Made by a program: the position numbers and the translations under genes. Below the pieces are notes generated by a model that ran no database searches, was not told where the DNA came from, and saw only the letters and a list, made by a program, of their open reading frames with translations. A stretch of 64,000 nt of DNA from an uncultured Verrucomicrobiae bacterium. Its GTDB lineage: Bacteria; Verrucomicrobiota; Verrucomicrobiia; Limisphaerales; Palsa-1400. This document shows positions 61,168 to 64,000 of the stretch, piece by piece. Every line of letters begins with the position of its first letter. The stretch's first letter is position 1. The stretch covers positions 384,001-448,000 of the forward strand of contig CAVPOM010000007.1 of assembly GCA_963707025.1 (NCBI GenBank), in the 5' to 3' direction.

Positions 61168-64000
61168 ATGAATACTCGGAAATCCGCCTGCTCCTGCCTT
61201 CGACTGTTTTTGTCAACGATTGCCAGTTGCGGTTTAGCCGCCGGTCTGGGAGCGCAATCGCTCATCAACGTTGACTTCGGCGCCGGCAGCCACAGCCTGA
61301 AAATGGGGTTTGCCGCCACTGGCCAAAGCACCAATGATGCCTGGAATCTGTTCCGCCTCTACGATCCCAAATACACGCCCGGCACGCCGCTGGTGTTCGG
61401 CGGCCGGCTCCCCGGCCTCAAGCTGGCCGAGGGAACGGCCACGGAGGTTGCCCTGGAAGTGACCAACGCCCCCGGCGTCTGGGGCAACGCCACCGGCGAT
61501 CCGATGTACGACTCCTATATCTTCGCCCCCGATGGCAGCAACATCGTGGTCACCCTCTGGAAATTGCCTCCGGGCCGTTACAATTTTTACCTCTACGGCC
61601 ACGCCGATCCGGATGCTTCCGGCGAGCAAACCAGCCTGTTCAAACTGCACAGCGCCGGGACCAATTATGGCCCGCTGACCACTTTGAGCAGCAGCGGCTG
61701 GAAGGCCTCCATGCCGTGGCAGGAAAATCATCAATACGTCGTCTTCCGCGATGTGGAGGTGGAGGCGGGCCTGCCGGTGGTCATTGAAGTTTTGCCGGGG
61801 CCGAATGGCATCGCCGTGCTCAACGGCTTGCAGATCAGTTCCAAAGGCACCAGCCCGCCGCGCCTGGCCGAGCACGGCCCGGTCAAGCCGGCCGGCGGCT
61901 TCACCAACCTGGTCATTCGCGAAATCCGCTACGACGGCAGCGTCAGCGACCACGAAGCGCGTTTCAGCGCCGCTTTGCAAATCGAGTCTTTCACCACCAA
62001 CGAAATATCCGCGCCGTTGTTTCAGGGAGATGTCGCGGTGGCGGCCGGGTCGTTGCCCGCCGGGGTGCGCCTGACCCGCGCGGGCGATCAATACAACCTC
62101 CGGGTCAACGCGCCCGGCGTTTACGACCTGAAATTGGAAGTATTTGCCAAGATCACCCGGGCCGAGCCGTGGAATCAAATCAGCTTCCAGGGACCGCCGG
62201 CGGCCATCGCCTCCATTCGCGCCCGGGCGGCGGGGGACGGCATCGAGATGCAGCTTCTGAGCGGGACGGCTCTGGAAAACGACAAAGTGGCCTCCCAGGT
62301 GGAAGGTTTTCTCAGCGCGGGCCGGGAGGTTTCGTTGCGCTGGCAGAGCAAGGCGGCGGAAGTGGCGCGCCACGCGCTGATTGCCGTCGAGACCAGGGCG
62401 GACGCGCAAGTCACTCCCACCGTCATCAAACTGACCACCGCGCTGCATTATGAGCTTTTGCAAGCCGGTGTGCCCCGCCTGCGCATCGCCCTGCCGGCCG
62501 GCCAGTCGCTCACCCGGCTGCAAGGCGAGCAAATCCGCGACTGGAAAGTGGAGTCCGACGGGGCGCAGTCGGTCCTGTCCATTGAGTTTATCAAGCCAGT
62601 CGAGAAGAAATACGAGCTGGCGCTTTATTCCGAGCAACCCATCGAGAGGATGCCTGCCGCGGCCGGGATCACCGCGCCGCAGCCGCTGGACATCGAGCGC
62701 GAATCCGGCTCCTTCACCATTGCCGCCGCCGACACGGTGGTGGACATCGCCGGAACGACGGGGTTGCGCCGGGTCAACGCCAGCGGCGAGGCGCTGGCGG
62801 CGTTCCAATTTTCCACCCGCCCGTTTTTGCTCACGGCCAATGTCAAACGGGTCGAGCCGGTTCTGACCGTGTTGGACCACGTCCTGGCGCGGCTGGAGGA
62901 GAGCCGCCTGTTGGTGGACCATTCTTTGGTGTTGACTGTGGAAAAGGCCGGCCTTTATACGATGGATTTCACTCCGCCGGCCAACTTTGCCGTGGCCGGC
63001 GTGCATGGCGACGGGGTGGAGGATTGGAAGGTGAGCGAAGGCCGGCTGCGCGTCGCCTTCGCCAGCCGCGTGCTGGGAGCGCGCAACTTGCAAGTGCAAT
63101 TGGAACAGGCCCTCAAGACTTTTCCCGCGCAAATCACGCTGGCGCCGTTGCGCGCCGCCGGGGCCGCGCACGAAAGCACGCTGGCCGGCGTCGCCGCCGC
63201 GCCGGGATTGCGCGTCAAAACCGGCGAAATGACCGGGCTGCGGGAGATTCCCGTCGCGCAGCTTCCAACCCGCAGCGACGAAGTGCTGGCCTTCACCGCG
63301 GCCCAGCCGGATTGGAATTTGACCCTGGCGAGCGAGCGCCTGCCCGCCCGCATCGGCGCGGATATTTTCAACCTTATCACCATCGGCGACGGGTTGGTGG
63401 GCGGCAGCGCGACGGTGCGATATGATTTGGTCAACCAAGGCGTGCAGGAATTTCATCTCACTGTGCCGGCGCACTGGAAGAATGTGGAATTCACCGGCCT
63501 GAACATCCGCAGCCGCGAGCCGGGCAGCAATGCCTGGACCATTCATCTTCAGGAGAAAGCCTGGAACGGCTACACCCTGGTGGTCACCTACGATTATCAA
63601 TTCGATGCGGCCAACGCCACGCTGGACGCGGCGGGCCTGCACACCCCGGAGGCCGAGCACGAAACCGGCTCCGTCGCCATCACCACCGCCGCCAGTCTCA
63701 AGGTCGGCGCGGCTCCCGTGGCCGAACCGTTGCGGGTGATGGACCAAACCGAACTGGCCGAGAGCGACCGCGCCCTGATAACCCGTTCGGTCCTCCAGGC
63801 TTATCATTACACCGGCCACGGCTATGAGTTGAAATTGAACGTGGCCCGCCAGCCGGAGGAAACGGTCCTGGAGGCCGTGGCGGACCGCACGCAATTGACC
63901 TCGGCCCTGACGGAGAGCGGGGAAATGCTGACCCAGGCCTCGTTCATGGTGAAAAACAACGGCAAACAATTTCAACGCTTTCAATTGCCGGCCAAGGCCG
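61168..64000 (+). CDS. Large exported hypothetical protein, truncated by the window end (absent from the ORF track)
   Basis: MNTRKSACSCLRLFLSTIASCGLAAGLGAQ-SLINVDFG...; GC3-biased frame that appears open to the edge; the long minus-strand ORF is its shadow. Confidence 0.82.
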   Translation, partial: MNTRKSACSCLRLFLSTIASCGLAAGLGAQSLINVDFGAGSHSLKMGFAATGQSTNDAWNLFRLYDPKYTPGTPLVFGGRLPGLKLAEGTATEVALEVTNAPGVWGNATGDPMYDSYIFAPDGSNIVVTLWKLPPGRYNFYLYGHADPDASGEQTSLFKLHSAGTNYGPLTTLSSSGWKASMPWQENHQYVVFRDVEVEAGLPVVIEVLPGPNGIAVLNGLQISSKGTSPPRLAEHGPVKPAGGFTNLVIREIRYDGSVSDHEARFSAALQIESFTTNEISAPLFQGDVAVAAGSLPAGVRLTRAGDQYNLRVNAPGVYDLKLEVFAKITRAEPWNQISFQGPPAAIASIRARAAGDGIEMQLLSGTALENDKVASQVEGFLSAGREVSLRWQSKAAEVARHALIAVETRADAQVTPTVIKLTTALHYELLQAGVPRLRIALPAGQSLTRLQGEQIRDWKVESDGAQSVLSIEFIKPVEKKYELALYSEQPIERMPAAAGITAPQPLDIERESGSFTIAAADTVVDIAGTTGLRRVNASGEALAAFQFSTRPFLLTANVKRVEPVLTVLDHVLARLEESRLLVDHSLVLTVEKAGLYTMDFTPPANFAVAGVHGDGVEDWKVSEGRLRVAFASRVLGARNLQVQLEQALKTFPAQITLAPLRAAGAAHESTLAGVAAAPGLRVKTGEMTGLREIPVAQLPTRSDEVLAFTAAQPDWNLTLASERLPARIGADIFNLITIGDGLVGGSATVRYDLVNQGVQEFHLTVPAHWKNVEFTGLNIRSREPGSNAWTIHLQEKAWNGYTLVVTYDYQFDAANATLDAAGLHTPEAEHETGSVAITTAASLKVGAAPVAEPLRVMDQTELAESDRALITRSVLQAYHYTGHGYELKLNVARQPEETVLEAVADRTQLTSALTESGEMLTQASFMVKNNGKQFQRFQLPAKA

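Noticed and set aside
61234..63984. 916-aa minus-strand ORF, and similar long antisense ORFs (5350-7638, 11678-13693, 15070-17535, 36105-38555, 38670-40622)
   Set aside because: Antisense shadows of real GC-rich genes; no recognisable motifs.

Overview
GC-rich bacterial chromosomal segment. Gene content and protein style suggest Verrucomicrobiota (Pedosphaera/Limisphaera-like); this is an inference. Left to right: an AhpD-like gene and a Tat-exported amidase; a minus-strand acyl-CoA dehydrogenase / FixCX-like ETF oxidoreductase / ETF operon interrupted by small accessory genes (NucS-like, ORF6N, AbrB-PIN toxin-antitoxin, flavodoxin-fold reductase); lpxA-recA; a SNF2 helicase; exported proteins; a probable 6S RNA followed by an island (TA pair, CheW-CZB, a group II intron with both ends present); rarA-ygfA-rny; two tandem micro-lipoproteins; a partial ebo cluster; glycosyltransferases and glycoside hydrolases; an S9 peptidase; a ~2250-aa multidomain GH2; an ECF sigma/anti-sigma operon; and a large exported ORF running off the right edge. 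Many genes carry single-base frameshifts, probably consensus errors. Most notable: (i) accessory genes in the ETF operon are bounded by diverged duplicates of the 5' and 3' ends of the FixCX-like gene, two of them joined to 25-27 bp palindromes of a type also found inside the ORF6N coding sequence; (ii) the intron's EBS1 loop matches a local tandem repeat (GGTCAAAC); (iii) a nested MITE/REP/hairpin element; (iv) a tandem micro-lipoprotein pair missed or mis-started by the ORF track. No CRISPR array, tRNA or rRNA was seen.
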